Source: Patescibacteria group bacterium (GTDB lineage Bacteria > Patescibacteriota > UBA1384 > GWA2-35-9 > JBASTP01). Taken from it: DNA of 64,000 nt. The stretch spans positions 81,216 through 145,215 of the forward strand of contig JBASTP010000002.1 of the NCBI GenBank assembly GCA_049274945.1, in the 5' to 3' direction. Shown here piece after piece: positions 6,043 through 15,926 of the stretch. The position numbers were made by a program, and so were the translations under genes. Below the pieces are notes generated by a model. The model worked only from the letters and a program-made list of their open reading frames with translations. It was not told the origin of the DNA and ran no database searches. Position 1 is the stretch's first letter, and each line of letters opens with the position of its first letter.

Positions 6043-8286
6043 ATGACCCAAACTACCTACACTAAAGCCGTAATTTCCCAAAAACTCGAGGACCGGTTCC
6101 TTACCACCCAGGTAATCGAACCAGATGATGCCGATTCAGAGCTCGGTACGCTCTTTGCGCTCGTCGAAATCACCCGGCCCTGGTACCCGAATGCTCAAAT
6201 CGGCCAGACTATTATCAACACCCTTAAACGCGAGTACTACCGCGGTAAATCTACTTCTGATCTCGAGAACTTCGAACAGGCCCTCAAGAAGGTAAACGAA
6301 ACGCTCGCCCGAATCACCGAAACTGGCGAGACCGACTGGATCGGCCGCCTTTCGTCGGTGATCGCCCTGCGAGTAGATAAACAAATCCACCTATCCTCGG
6401 CAGGCAATGCGCGCGGCTACCTACTGCGAGGCGGCAAGCTGGCCGAGGTAACTGAACCGAGTGTCCGGGCCGAAGAACCCCACCCGCTTGCCACCTTTTC
6501 ATCGATCGTCTCAGGAGAAATTACCACCAATGATGTGGTGTTACTCACGTCGCCAATCCTCATTGATGAGTTCGATAAAAACACCCTAAAAGACCTGATG
6601 ACCGACGAATCGAGCTACCAGGCCGCCACTAATATCATCAAACGCCTGCCTAAAGACAAACGTCGGATGGTTAACTTCTTAGTGCTCGGGGAGTCGCCCA
6701 AAACCGACGAGCGCTACCCCAGTGTGGTCTACCTTGATGAATCGGCAGGGGCAACCTCGACCGCCCTCAAAGATATAGTTACCAAACAAGTTATGCCTGC
6801 TCTCGAGGTGGGCATAGATGGGGCGAGTCGTGCGCTGGGCTTGGCGACAACCTACCTGCGAGAAAAAATCCTCCCGGAATCCAAACGGTTGGGCAAGCTC
6901 GCCTACGATCAAACCCGCAAACAAGCAGTCCCTTTTGTCCGGCAAACCATTACCAAAACCACCACCAAATTCAAGGAAGTTACCAAAGAAAAAGCCCCGA
7001 TTCATCAAAGCATCATTGGCAAAAATCTTTTCACGGTCCACGACTACCATGGGCCCAAGTCAGCTGCCGCCAAGGGGGAAAAAATAAAACTCCCTGTCCT
7101 ACGGCTGCCACCCCAAACCAAGGCCCGCTTGAGCTCGATTGGCGCGAGCTGGCTCGTCCGCGTGAAAAACTTTATTACAGAAGCTCGGCAGGGCAAGCGC
7201 CGTACCCAACTGCTCCTTGCCGGCGCCCTGGTGTTGGCGCTCATCCTCATCGTCTCAATCAGCGCGCAGCGCTCCACCTCAAGCTCAAAGGCTCGATTTA
7301 CTGATCAGCGGGAACGGCTCACCCAGGCGAAACGCCAAGCTGAGGAAGGTAAAACTGCCTTGATCTTCGGCCAGCAAGCCCAAGCGCAAAAACTCTTTGC
7401 CCAGGCGCTCGAGGGCGCTCGGTTTGCGGCGCCCCACCCCAAACTCAATGAAGAAGCCCAGTCAGTGCTCAGCGAAGTTGAAGGCCAACTCGACAAACTC
7501 ACCGCCACCACTCGGTTTAAGGACATGAAATCGATTCTTGAAATTGGCCAGGCAACCGGCATGGCAGAGTTTGATTCCAAAATCTGGGGGTTCAATGATT
7601 CAGGCAATTTGGTAGCCGCTAACCTGCTCGAAGGCACTACCGACCAAGTGGCGGCCGCCGAGAAAGCGGTCAAGGTAATCCTAACCGCCAAACAGGACGA
7701 TAAGCTATTCGGCCTTACTTCTGAAGCGCAACTCGTCCGGGGCCATCTCAAAGACAAAACCAACAAGGTTGTGCCAGCGCTCGAGGGCGCAACCCTTGGT
7801 AGCGGCAAAGACATGAAAATATTTGCCGGCAACCTCTACCTCCTTGATACCGAAGGTAACCAGGTTTGGCGCTATTCGCTTTCTGATGAAGGTTATAAAG
7901 GCGCCGCCGGGTTTTTCAAAAAGGGACCAGGGCTAGGGAGCGCCATAGGCATGGCGATCGACGGCGCGATTTATGTACTCCGAACCGACGGTAAAGTGGA
8001 TAAATATCTCAAGGGTGAAAAACAAGGGTTTAATCTTGCCGCCGCGCCCCAGCCCGACGAGACAATCAGCGACCCCAAAAAAATTGTGGCCGATGCCGAT
8101 TCGCTCTCGATCTTTATCCTAGACAACGCCAAAAACCGGCCGCGCCTAGTTGAGTATGGCAAGGACGGCAAGTACATTCACCAGTATGTATTCGAGCTCG
8201 GCTCGGTGGACGAGATCTACGTTGCCCCCCGCGGCCGCAAGGCGTGGCTCACCTCTGGCGGGAAGTTGTACGAAGTCAATTTATAG
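6043..8286 (+). CDS. Large hypothetical membrane protein (N-terminal cytoplasmic domain, one transmembrane segment, C-terminal repeat/beta-rich domain)
   Basis: 747 aa starting at MTQTTYTKAV. The track start at 5974 overlaps tRNA-Pro. Central transmembrane segment LLLAGALVLALILIVSI. C-terminal repeats such as GNLYLLDTEGNQVWRY and GAIYVLRTDGKVDKY. The N-terminal region loosely resembles a SpoIIE/PP2C-like fold (low confidence). Confidence 0.6.
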   Translation: MTQTTYTKAVISQKLEDRFLTTQVIEPDDADSELGTLFALVEITRPWYPNAQIGQTIINTLKREYYRGKSTSDLENFEQALKKVNETLARITETGETDWIGRLSSVIALRVDKQIHLSSAGNARGYLLRGGKLAEVTEPSVRAEEPHPLATFSSIVSGEITTNDVVLLTSPILIDEFDKNTLKDLMTDESSYQAATNIIKRLPKDKRRMVNFLVLGESPKTDERYPSVVYLDESAGATSTALKDIVTKQVMPALEVGIDGASRALGLATTYLREKILPESKRLGKLAYDQTRKQAVPFVRQTITKTTTKFKEVTKEKAPIHQSIIGKNLFTVHDYHGPKSAAAKGEKIKLPVLRLPPQTKARLSSIGASWLVRVKNFITEARQGKRRTQLLLAGALVLALILIVSISAQRSTSSSKARFTDQRERLTQAKRQAEEGKTALIFGQQAQAQKLFAQALEGARFAAPHPKLNEEAQSVLSEVEGQLDKLTATTRFKDMKSILEIGQATGMAEFDSKIWGFNDSGNLVAANLLEGTTDQVAAAEKAVKVILTAKQDDKLFGLTSEAQLVRGHLKDKTNKVVPALEGATLGSGKDMKIFAGNLYLLDTEGNQVWRYSLSDEGYKGAAGFFKKGPGLGSAIGMAIDGAIYVLRTDGKVDKYLKGEKQGFNLAAAPQPDETISDPKKIVADADSLSIFILDNAKNRPRLVEYGKDGKYIHQYVFELGSVDEIYVAPRGRKAWLTSGGKLYEVNL

Positions 8287-8514
8287 TTATCGTGCTAGAA
8301 CGACGTTCTCGAGTGAGGCACGCCGGAACTGTTGCGGCCGGTAGCGCTTCGAGACGCCCAATACCTCAAAACCAATCACATGTCCCTTGTCATCGAGGTC
8401 AACTACGACCCCTGGCTCTACTTCGCGGCTACGGCTAACATATTTGCGATCTTGAACCGCAAGGTAGAGTGCATCTGCTTGTTCGTCATATTCTATCTTC
8501 ATGGTCTTCTTCAA
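8287..8514 (-). CDS. DUF2283-like small protein (putative antitoxin partner)
   Basis: MKIEYDEQADALYLAV... is the typical DUF2283 start. 4-nt overlap with the upstream DUF4258-like gene. Confidence 0.5.
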   Translation of the reverse strand: MKKTMKIEYDEQADALYLAVQDRKYVSRSREVEPGVVVDLDDKGHVIGFEVLGVSKRYRPQQFRRASLENVVLAR

Positions 8515-8738
8515 TCACTTTTATCAACTGCGGTAATAATTTCGATTGCTCCACCGCGGCGCTTATATGATACCTGTAAGTAACGTTTACCGATATGCTT
8601 AAATGCGTTAATAACACTTTGATCTAACTGATAAGGTATTTGATGATCGGGATTCAAGAGAACTGTTCGCACCTCTCGCTCGGAAATTTTGCGCCACTTC
8701 ATTCGTCGCTTGGCGTGGCGAGTGTAAACAATCTTCAC
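8511..8738 (-). CDS. DUF4258-like small protein (putative toxin partner)
   Basis: 75 aa; pairs with the downstream DUF2283-like gene in a known two-gene arrangement. Confidence 0.5.
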   Translation of the reverse strand: MKIVYTRHAKRRMKWRKISEREVRTVLLNPDHQIPYQLDQSVINAFKHIGKRYLQVSYKRRGGAIEIITAVDKSD

Positions 8739-8916
8739 CGTTCTCCTTGTGAGCCGAGCATATCACGAACCGCCTTAGCATTGCAACCGCGGCCGCAAGG
8801 CGTGGATATTAATATTTCGTCCCTATCTTTTTAGAATAAATAACCATAACCGTTAACCGTAGCCGTTCCTAGAGCGGCGACAGGTAGCGCTCCTGGTATT
8901 TTGTTCAATTCAATCC

Positions 8917-8950
8917 CAAAGCGGTCGCCTCCGGCAGACCGCTTTTTTTA
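8917..8950 (+). terminator. Rho-independent terminator on the plus strand
   Basis: AAAGCGGTCGCCTCCGGCAGACCGCTTT stem followed by TTTTTTATT. No annotated plus-strand gene upstream, so there may be a small RNA at about 8790-8950. Confidence 0.5.
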
Positions 8951-9490
8951 TTCCGAGTTCCGTTTTTCGATTGCTTCGAGCACTTTTTCGACCAGCTGCT
9001 TGGGATTATCGGCGTAGATGATATGGCCCGGGCCGCGCTTGGCCACCTCCACGATATGGGGAATCTCATCGGCCATGCCGCCCGAACCCAGGAGTACGCC
9101 GATAATTTTATCTTCCTCGAATGAAGTAGTGAATTCGTTTAAGGTGCCAATCCTGCCGCAAATCGTGATCACGGCGTCTGAGAGTGTAGTGAGCAAGGTA
9201 TTACGGTGGGCGTAGCCAAACCCCGAGTAAAAAATAATGTCGTGGTGGTTGATCGGCAGTTTATAGGTGTTTTGGTGCTGTTTTGCGCTCCCGGCCGGCG
9301 AAAATCCAATCACCATGCCGCCGGCTTCTCTGGCACCCTGGGCCACGAACTCGGGCACCCCGGTGGTGGCGCCGGTAAGCACCACGCAATCGTGCTTCGC
9401 GAGTTCTTTACCCACCTCGAATGACATGTCCTTGCCGCTCACGGTGCACTCCCCTGCTGCGGCGCCCGATACTGCGATTTTATATTTCAT
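8948..9490 (-). CDS. LOG/TIGR00725-like Rossmann-fold protein
   Basis: Begins MKYKIAVSGAAAG... and contains VLTGATTG and ICGRIGTLNEF (a PGGxGTxxE-like motif). The track start at 9565 would overlap argS; ATG 9490 preferred. Confidence 0.55.
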   Translation of the reverse strand: MKYKIAVSGAAAGECTVSGKDMSFEVGKELAKHDCVVLTGATTGVPEFVAQGAREAGGMVIGFSPAGSAKQHQNTYKLPINHHDIIFYSGFGYAHRNTLLTTLSDAVITICGRIGTLNEFTTSFEEDKIIGVLLGSGGMADEIPHIVEVAKRGPGHIIYADNPKQLVEKVLEAIEKRNSE

Positions 9491-9492
9491 AG

Positions 9493-11097
9493 TTACATTT
9501 TTTCCGGCGCGCTTACGCCCATGAGGGTAAGGCAATGCTCGAGCACATTCATACTTGCCCTGCAAAGCCCAAGCAGCGCTTCCCGCTTCGCCCCCTCACT
9601 TTTTAGTACCGGCACCGATTCGTAAAAATCGTGGAAGAGGCTCGCGGTTTTCATAGCATAGTGGCTCAGGCGATGAACTTCAAGCGTCGCGCCCAGGTCG
9701 GCAACCAAATCCGGGTATGCCGTGAGCACCAGCACGAGTTGCCGAATTTTAGGATTGTCGAACTCTAAATCATTAACCCTTAACTCTGCACTCTTAACTC
9801 TCTCACTCCTCGTCACTTTTGCGAGAATCGAATGGATTCTCGCAATCGCGTATTGCACATAGTACACCGGATTGTCTTTACTCTGTTTTTTTGCCAACTC
9901 CAAGTCAAAATCCATGTGAGTGTTGGCATCGTGTAAGAGCATAAAAAAACGAAACGCGTCTTTGCCCACCTCCTCCAGCACCTCGCGGGCGGTCACAAAG
10001 GTACCGGCCCGCTTCGACATTTTGACCATTTCCTGCCCCCGCTTTACCCGGACAAACTGATAGAGAATAACCTTGAACTTATGCTGGTCGAAACCATAGA
10101 TCGAAGCTAACGCCCGCAGTTTAGGCACGTGGCCAACGGTATTACTGCCGAACACATCAACCACAAGATCGTAGCCGCTTTCAAATTTTTCTTTGTGATA
10201 CACCACGTCAGCGGTGAAATAAAGATACGAACCATCACTTTTCACGATAACCGCATCCTTATCCTTCAAAAAATCGTCTTTTGGAGCAAACCACGTCGCT
10301 CCGTCCTTTTTTTTGAGTAACCCTTTCTTGTCTAATTCGGTAAGCACCGCTCCGGCCTGCTCGTCTAACTCGCTTTCATGAACGACGCGATCAAACGAAA
10401 CACCCATGGCACGGCAATCATCAATAATTTCTTTAAACATCACCTCGACCGCCTTCATCCCAGCTTGGTGCGGATCGCTCACTTCGCTAATTTTTTGTTT
10501 GAGATCTTGTAGGTACTCACCTTGGTATTGCGTTCCTTGACCGGCCAGCGATTCCCCCAATTCTTTAATCTGGTTGCCCCGGTTGTTGTTGATGTACTCG
10601 CGCAGTACCTTGTAGCCATTAGCGGCGAGCACGTTTGCGATGGTGTCGCCCAGCGGCCCGCCGCGGGCGTTACCGATGTGGAGCGGCCCCGTGGGATTAG
10701 CCGACACAAACTCCACGCGCGCTTTCTTACTCTTAAAACGGTCGTTAGCTCCGTAGCCTGGCTTGACTGCGTGAGCTATGGCCCGTGCGAGAGCAGCACT
10801 AGAAAGTGTTATGTTCAGGAACCCCGGCGGAGCAACGGTAACACGTGCAAAATCCGCGTGATGTTTGAGTTTCTCCACCAAATCATTCGCGAGTGTGAGC
10901 GGTTGGCCACTCACATGCTTAGCCAAAACAAGCGCGAGATTGGAGGACACATCGCCGAACATTGGGTTAGGTGGCAAACTTACTACATGGCCCCGCAAAT
11001 TACCGGCCGAAGTATCGGCGACACGCTCAATAATTTCTCTAACAGTTTCAATCAATGTCGTCATGGAATTAGAAAGCAAACCAAGTGGCGAAGGCAA
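9493..11097 (-). CDS. argS: Arginyl-tRNA synthetase
   Basis: 534 aa. Class I motifs P..G.LHIGNARG and KMSKRAG. Overall ArgRS architecture. Confidence 0.9.
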   Translation of the reverse strand: MPSPLGLLSNSMTTLIETVREIIERVADTSAGNLRGHVVSLPPNPMFGDVSSNLALVLAKHVSGQPLTLANDLVEKLKHHADFARVTVAPPGFLNITLSSAALARAIAHAVKPGYGANDRFKSKKARVEFVSANPTGPLHIGNARGGPLGDTIANVLAANGYKVLREYINNNRGNQIKELGESLAGQGTQYQGEYLQDLKQKISEVSDPHQAGMKAVEVMFKEIIDDCRAMGVSFDRVVHESELDEQAGAVLTELDKKGLLKKKDGATWFAPKDDFLKDKDAVIVKSDGSYLYFTADVVYHKEKFESGYDLVVDVFGSNTVGHVPKLRALASIYGFDQHKFKVILYQFVRVKRGQEMVKMSKRAGTFVTAREVLEEVGKDAFRFFMLLHDANTHMDFDLELAKKQSKDNPVYYVQYAIARIHSILAKVTRSERVKSAELRVNDLEFDNPKIRQLVLVLTAYPDLVADLGATLEVHRLSHYAMKTASLFHDFYESVPVLKSEGAKREALLGLCRASMNVLEHCLTLMGVSAPEKM

Positions 11098-11156
11098 GCA
11101 AGATAACTAAAATTGGACCGCAGCCACAACCGCTGCACGGGTTAAACTCCGGAACG

Positions 11157-12353
11157 CTACCGCCCGAGCTTTTTCCCTTTACTGGTGACATGGGCAAACC
11201 TCCGTTTGCCTACTTGAATAATAAGGTCGGTTACTTCGATCTCGTCTTTGGGACTCAAGATTTGTTTACCGTGGACACGCACCCCGCCCTGCTCAATGAG
11301 TCGTGCCGCCTCCGAACGCGACTGAGCAAGTTTCGTAGCGATCAGCAATTCATGAACGGTGAGTTTTTTTTCGGAAATGGTGAATATGGGGATATCCTTG
11401 GGCATTTCCCGATCGCGGAACACGCGGTTAAACTCAGCCTCGGCCTCCTGCGCGGCCGGTTCGTCGTGCAACATCTCAACCATTAAGTGAGCGAGATGGG
11501 CTTTGGCATCGCGAGGGTGATTCCTGATTTCTTGTTTGACTTTTGCTAACGCCTCGAATGCCAAATCGGTCAACAGCTCAAAATATGGCACCACCAGCGC
11601 GTCGGGAATCGACATTACCTTACCGTAGATATCGCTCGGACTATCAGTGAGATTAATCGTGTTGCCTACTGATTTCGACATCTTCTCTTTGCCGTCGGTG
11701 CCGAGTAAGTATGGGGAAATTATGACATCCTGAGGCTCCTGACCATAGGCCTTTTGAATCAGCCGCCCGGTAATGAGATTAAATTTCTGCTCACTCGCAC
11801 CAAGCTCAACATCAGCCCTAACCGCCACCGAATCGTAGCCCTGGAGCAGCGGGTAGAGTGTCTCGTGGTGCATTAGTGAATGGCCGGCGGTCTTGCGCTT
11901 GGCAAACGTTTCGTGTGAAAGCAGGTGCCAGGTGGAGACTTTGCTGGCAAGCTCAATTATAGTATCGAGGCCAAAGTCATCAAACCACTCTGATTGCCAG
12001 CGAACTTCGGTTTTATCGGGGTTAAGAATCCTAAAAGCCTGCTCTTGGTATGCCTTGGCATTGGCTTTGACTTCCGATTCCGATAGCGAGGACCTCGTTT
12101 TATCGCGTCCCGAGGGATCGCCAATCCGCGCGGTAAAATCCCCAATAATCAATACGGCAGTGTGTCCCGCATCCTGGAACTGGCGCAGCTTACGCAGCCC
12201 CACGGTGTGGCCCAAATGCAAATCTGGTGCCGTGGGATCAATGCCAAGCTTAACGCGCAGGGCGTCGCCTTTCCCAAGGCGCTGGGCTAAGTGGTCCCGA
12301 TTAATCACCTCGATTACGCCGCGGGTAAGCAGCTGCTCGTTTGATGGCTTCAT
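11157..12353 (-). CDS. tyrS: Tyrosyl-tRNA synthetase
   Basis: GIDPTAPDLHLGHTV (HIGH) and KMSKSVGN (KMSKS), with a C-terminal S4-like domain. Confidence 0.9.
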   Translation of the reverse strand: MKPSNEQLLTRGVIEVINRDHLAQRLGKGDALRVKLGIDPTAPDLHLGHTVGLRKLRQFQDAGHTAVLIIGDFTARIGDPSGRDKTRSSLSESEVKANAKAYQEQAFRILNPDKTEVRWQSEWFDDFGLDTIIELASKVSTWHLLSHETFAKRKTAGHSLMHHETLYPLLQGYDSVAVRADVELGASEQKFNLITGRLIQKAYGQEPQDVIISPYLLGTDGKEKMSKSVGNTINLTDSPSDIYGKVMSIPDALVVPYFELLTDLAFEALAKVKQEIRNHPRDAKAHLAHLMVEMLHDEPAAQEAEAEFNRVFRDREMPKDIPIFTISEKKLTVHELLIATKLAQSRSEAARLIEQGGVRVHGKQILSPKDEIEVTDLIIQVGKRRFAHVTSKGKKLGR

Positions 12354-12400
12354 GTTGCTTTACTTTACCCTGAAAACCGCTATAATGTAAAGGAATCAAA

Positions 12401-15205
12401 ATGACCGCCTTCTTTAATCCGCTTGGGGTACGCGAAATCCGAGCCCAAGCTAAACGATCAAAAATATGGGGTCGGCTCAAGTTGCCCGACTTCAAGGCTC
12501 CGAAAACCTGGCTGACGATCGGCATCGTCGCTCTATTTTTGTTTGCCTGGGTCTCCAAGGATCTGCCTACCCCGGGCAGGATTAAACGTAAAGTTAATGT
12601 TGGCTCAACCCAGATTTTGGATCGCAACGGCGAGCTGGTGTTTGCCTTCTCCGGTGAACAAAAACGGCTCGTGATCCCCTTTTCCGACATGCCGGAAACG
12701 ATTCGGGATGCCACCATTGCGGTCGAAGACAAAGATTTTTACAAACACCTCGGCATCAAGCCCACCTCGATTCTCCGCGCCGCTTGGCACAACCTAACTA
12801 ATACCAAATCTACCCAAGGCGGCTCGACCATCACCCAGCAGTTTGTCAAAAACGCCCTCCTTAACCCCAAGAGAAACCTGTTGCGTAAAGTTAAAGAAGT
12901 CATCCTTTCGCTCGAACTCGAGGCGCTCTACTCTAAGGATAAAATTCTCGAACTCTACCTCAATGAAATCCCCTACGGCACCAATGCCTACGGTGTTGAG
13001 GCCGCCAGCCGCACCTATTTTGGCAAGCCCGCTAAGGAACTAACCCTCGCCGAGTCGGCAGTGCTCGCTGGCTTGCCCCAAGCCCCTACCTACTTCTCAC
13101 CGTACGGTTCGCACAAAGATGAGCTGCTTCGGCGTAAAAACTTTGTGCTCGAGAAAATGTACGAGCAACACTACATTGATACTGCTGAGTTCGATCAAGC
13201 CAAAACTCAGGAAATTAAATTCCAACCGCGGCGAGACTCAATTATCGCCCCTCACTTCGTCTTCTACATTCGGGAACAGCTAACCAAAAAGTACGGTGAG
13301 CGAGTGGTTTCAGAAGGCGGGCTCAAGGTTACCACAACGCTCGACTTAAAAATGCAGCGGATTGCCGAAGACTCAATCGAAGAAGGCGCCAAGCGGCTCG
13401 ACCGATTTGGCGCCAATAATGCCGCAGCCGTCGTGCTGGACACCAAAAGTGGCCAAGTGCTCGCCATGGTAGGCAGCCGCGACTACTTCAACGACGAAAT
13501 TGACGGCCAATTCAACGTCACCATCTCCAATCGCCAGCCGGGTTCGGCATTCAAACCAGTGGTGTACGCTACCGCGATGAAACGCAATGATTTCAATCCG
13601 GCTCGGGTGATTTTTGACCTTCCCACTACCTTTGGCACCGTTTCGCCGGGCGGGCCCCCTTATAAACCCGATAACTACGACGGCAAAAACCGCGGCCCGG
13701 TAACGGTGCGCCAGGCGCTCGCCAATTCACTCAACGTGCCGGCGGTCAAGGTGCTCGCGCTCACTGGCCTACCCGAGGTACTTAAAACCGCCAAAGATAT
13801 GGGTATCACCACGCTCAATGACCCCAACCGCTACGGCCTCTCGCTGGTGTTGGGCGGCGGCGAGGTAAAACTGATTGAGCTCACCAATGCCTGGGCAACA
13901 TTGCTGAACGATGGCACCTACTCCAAACCGGTCTCAATCTTGAAAGTTGAAGACACCCGGAGTGGCAAAGTCCTTGATGAGTTCAAACGGTCCGAGCAGC
14001 ACCGAGCCCTTGATAAACAGATTGCCTACGAAATTACCAATATCCTTTCTGACTCCGATGCCCGTTCACAAGTGTTCGGGTTCACCAACCTCTTTTCCGT
14101 CCCCGGCCACTCAGTGGCAGTAAAAACCGGCACCACCCAAGAATTCCGCGACGCCTGGGCAGTCGGCGGCAGTAAGCAGGTCGCCGTAGGGGTGTGGTCG
14201 GGCAACAGCAACAACAAGGCTATGAAAAAGGGCGCCGACGGTTCAACAGTTTCAATTCCCATGTGGAATAGCATTCTCTCCCAAATCCTCCGCGACTGGC
14301 AGGATGAGCCGTTTGTTAGGCCAGACGGGATCCAGGAAGTAACCGTCGAAAAATTCTCGAACAAACTGCCTTCAAACGCATCCCGCGAACTTACGACCGA
14401 CATCTTTGCTGCCTGGCAGGTTCCCAAAGACAAAGACGACATTAACGTAACCGTGCGGGTGAACAAAGCAACCGGCAAGCTTGCCACCGTGCTAACGCCT
14501 TCGGAGTTGATCGAAGAACGAGTCGTTACCAAAATCCATTCCGAGCGGCCCAACAATCCCGACTGGGAAGAGCCGGTCGCCCGCTGGGCGCAAGAAAATG
14601 GCTTTATCCAAGCCGAAGCGCCGAGCGAGCAAGATGACCTCTACACTTCTGAACGAGTACCGATTATCACCATTACCAAACCCAAAAACGATGGACAGGT
14701 AGAAGGGGTTTTTGAAATCACCGCCGAAGCTTCGGCTCATTTCGGCGTTAAGCAAGTTGGGTTTGCAATCGATAATGCCCCAATTGCCACGGCAGTCAAT
14801 GCTCCTTACACCACGAGCTACAACGCCAATAATCTTTCTGGCGGCAACCACATTCTCAAGGTAACTGTTGAAGACACCAACAGCGCTAAAATTTCAAAAG
14901 AGATCACCATCCTTGTGGTGCGCGGTTCAGAAATACCGATCATCGGAGCTGTCCAAGTTTCTGCAATTGCTACCTCAAAGGCGACCGTGACTTGGACTAC
15001 TTCAAAACCGGCCGATGGCCAGGTGGATTATGGCGCCACGAACTCACTGGGCGCCACGTCCTCAATCCAAGGAAACCACACCACCGAGCACATAATCGAG
15101 CTTACCAACCTGACTCCTAAAACCACCTATTACTTCCGCGCCCGTTCGAAAGATTCCTCCGGCAGTCAGGGTATCTCCACAATCTCGAGTTTTACGACCC
15201 AGTAA
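12401..15205 (+). CDS. Bifunctional class A penicillin-binding protein (glycosyltransferase plus transpeptidase) with a C-terminal FN3/Ig-like extension
   Basis: GT51 motifs (EDKDFYKH, GGSTITQQ), transpeptidase SAFKP/SLN/KTGT motifs, and a C-terminal YYFRARSKDSSG domain. Confidence 0.9.
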   Translation: MTAFFNPLGVREIRAQAKRSKIWGRLKLPDFKAPKTWLTIGIVALFLFAWVSKDLPTPGRIKRKVNVGSTQILDRNGELVFAFSGEQKRLVIPFSDMPETIRDATIAVEDKDFYKHLGIKPTSILRAAWHNLTNTKSTQGGSTITQQFVKNALLNPKRNLLRKVKEVILSLELEALYSKDKILELYLNEIPYGTNAYGVEAASRTYFGKPAKELTLAESAVLAGLPQAPTYFSPYGSHKDELLRRKNFVLEKMYEQHYIDTAEFDQAKTQEIKFQPRRDSIIAPHFVFYIREQLTKKYGERVVSEGGLKVTTTLDLKMQRIAEDSIEEGAKRLDRFGANNAAAVVLDTKSGQVLAMVGSRDYFNDEIDGQFNVTISNRQPGSAFKPVVYATAMKRNDFNPARVIFDLPTTFGTVSPGGPPYKPDNYDGKNRGPVTVRQALANSLNVPAVKVLALTGLPEVLKTAKDMGITTLNDPNRYGLSLVLGGGEVKLIELTNAWATLLNDGTYSKPVSILKVEDTRSGKVLDEFKRSEQHRALDKQIAYEITNILSDSDARSQVFGFTNLFSVPGHSVAVKTGTTQEFRDAWAVGGSKQVAVGVWSGNSNNKAMKKGADGSTVSIPMWNSILSQILRDWQDEPFVRPDGIQEVTVEKFSNKLPSNASRELTTDIFAAWQVPKDKDDINVTVRVNKATGKLATVLTPSELIEERVVTKIHSERPNNPDWEEPVARWAQENGFIQAEAPSEQDDLYTSERVPIITITKPKNDGQVEGVFEITAEASAHFGVKQVGFAIDNAPIATAVNAPYTTSYNANNLSGGNHILKVTVEDTNSAKISKEITILVVRGSEIPIIGAVQVSAIATSKATVTWTTSKPADGQVDYGATNSLGATSSIQGNHTTEHIIELTNLTPKTTYYFRARSKDSSGSQGISTISSFTTQ

Positions 15206-15207
15206 TA

Positions 15208-15480
15208 TCAATATCCTTTCTTGCGGTGGAATACGTCATGGATAACCACAATATCTTTTTCAATATCATATCGCATGCGGTATTTTCCGATACGAATCCT
15301 CCAAGCACCAATCGGTTCATTGGTAAGTTTTTGGATATCATGTTGCCTGGATAGGTTGTAAGGATCTTCTTGCAAAATTTGAACCATCCGATTGAGCCGT
15401 TGCTTTACCTCCAGGTCTCGCTTGGTCAGTTTTTCCGCCAGTTGGAAAGCCTTCCTTGTGAATTTGACTATAAAAGTCAT
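15208..15480 (-). CDS. RelE/ParE-family toxin
   Basis: 90 aa, basic, C-terminal ...VVIHDVFHRKKGY. Sits immediately downstream of a Phd/YefM-like gene. Confidence 0.65.
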   Translation of the reverse strand: MTFIVKFTRKAFQLAEKLTKRDLEVKQRLNRMVQILQEDPYNLSRQHDIQKLTNEPIGAWRIRIGKYRMRYDIEKDIVVIHDVFHRKKGY

Positions 15481-15488
15481 TCGGTGAG

Positions 15489-15764
15489 TTACGACTTATC
15501 TGGATATTTCCGGTGGAGTTCATCGAGCACTTGCTCAGCGAGGATAAGCCTACCTCCTTTGTAGTCGCGATAGCTTAATTCGAGGCGTTTCCGAAGATCA
15601 GGATCAATACTGTCGAGGTAATCCTCGTAATCATCGTAATTGGCGATCACGGCAACCGGGATGCCGTGTTTTTCGAGCACCACGTGCCCCCCTTTCTCTC
15701 GAATCTGTTCAACCACCCCGCCGAGTTTGACCCGGGCTTTTGAAATAGGTAATATTTTGATCAT
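15489..15764 (-). CDS. Phd/YefM-family antitoxin
   Basis: MIKILPISKARVKLGGVVEQI...VVLEKHGIPVAVI is the typical YefM N-terminus. Confidence 0.7.
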   Translation of the reverse strand: MIKILPISKARVKLGGVVEQIREKGGHVVLEKHGIPVAVIANYDDYEDYLDSIDPDLRKRLELSYRDYKGGRLILAEQVLDELHRKYPDKS

Positions 15765-15879
15765 ATCTAATCAATATACATCAATATCAATCGATTTGTA
15801 AATACTTTTGGGATAATATTTCTAAAATCTTATTTACCTTTATTCTGCGATCGTGAGATAACAGTACAATGCCATAATA

Positions 15880-15915
15880 AAAAAACCCTCAAGTTTTGAG
15901 GCCTGAGGGTTCGTG
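15880..15915 (-). terminator. Rho-independent terminator (hairpin CCCTCAGG...CTTGAGGG plus T7) downstream of the 15927-16733 gene
   Basis: Minus strand reads CGAACCCTCAGGCCTCAAAACTTGAGGGTTTTTTT. Confidence 0.6.
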
Positions 15916-15926
15916 GCAATTCTGAC

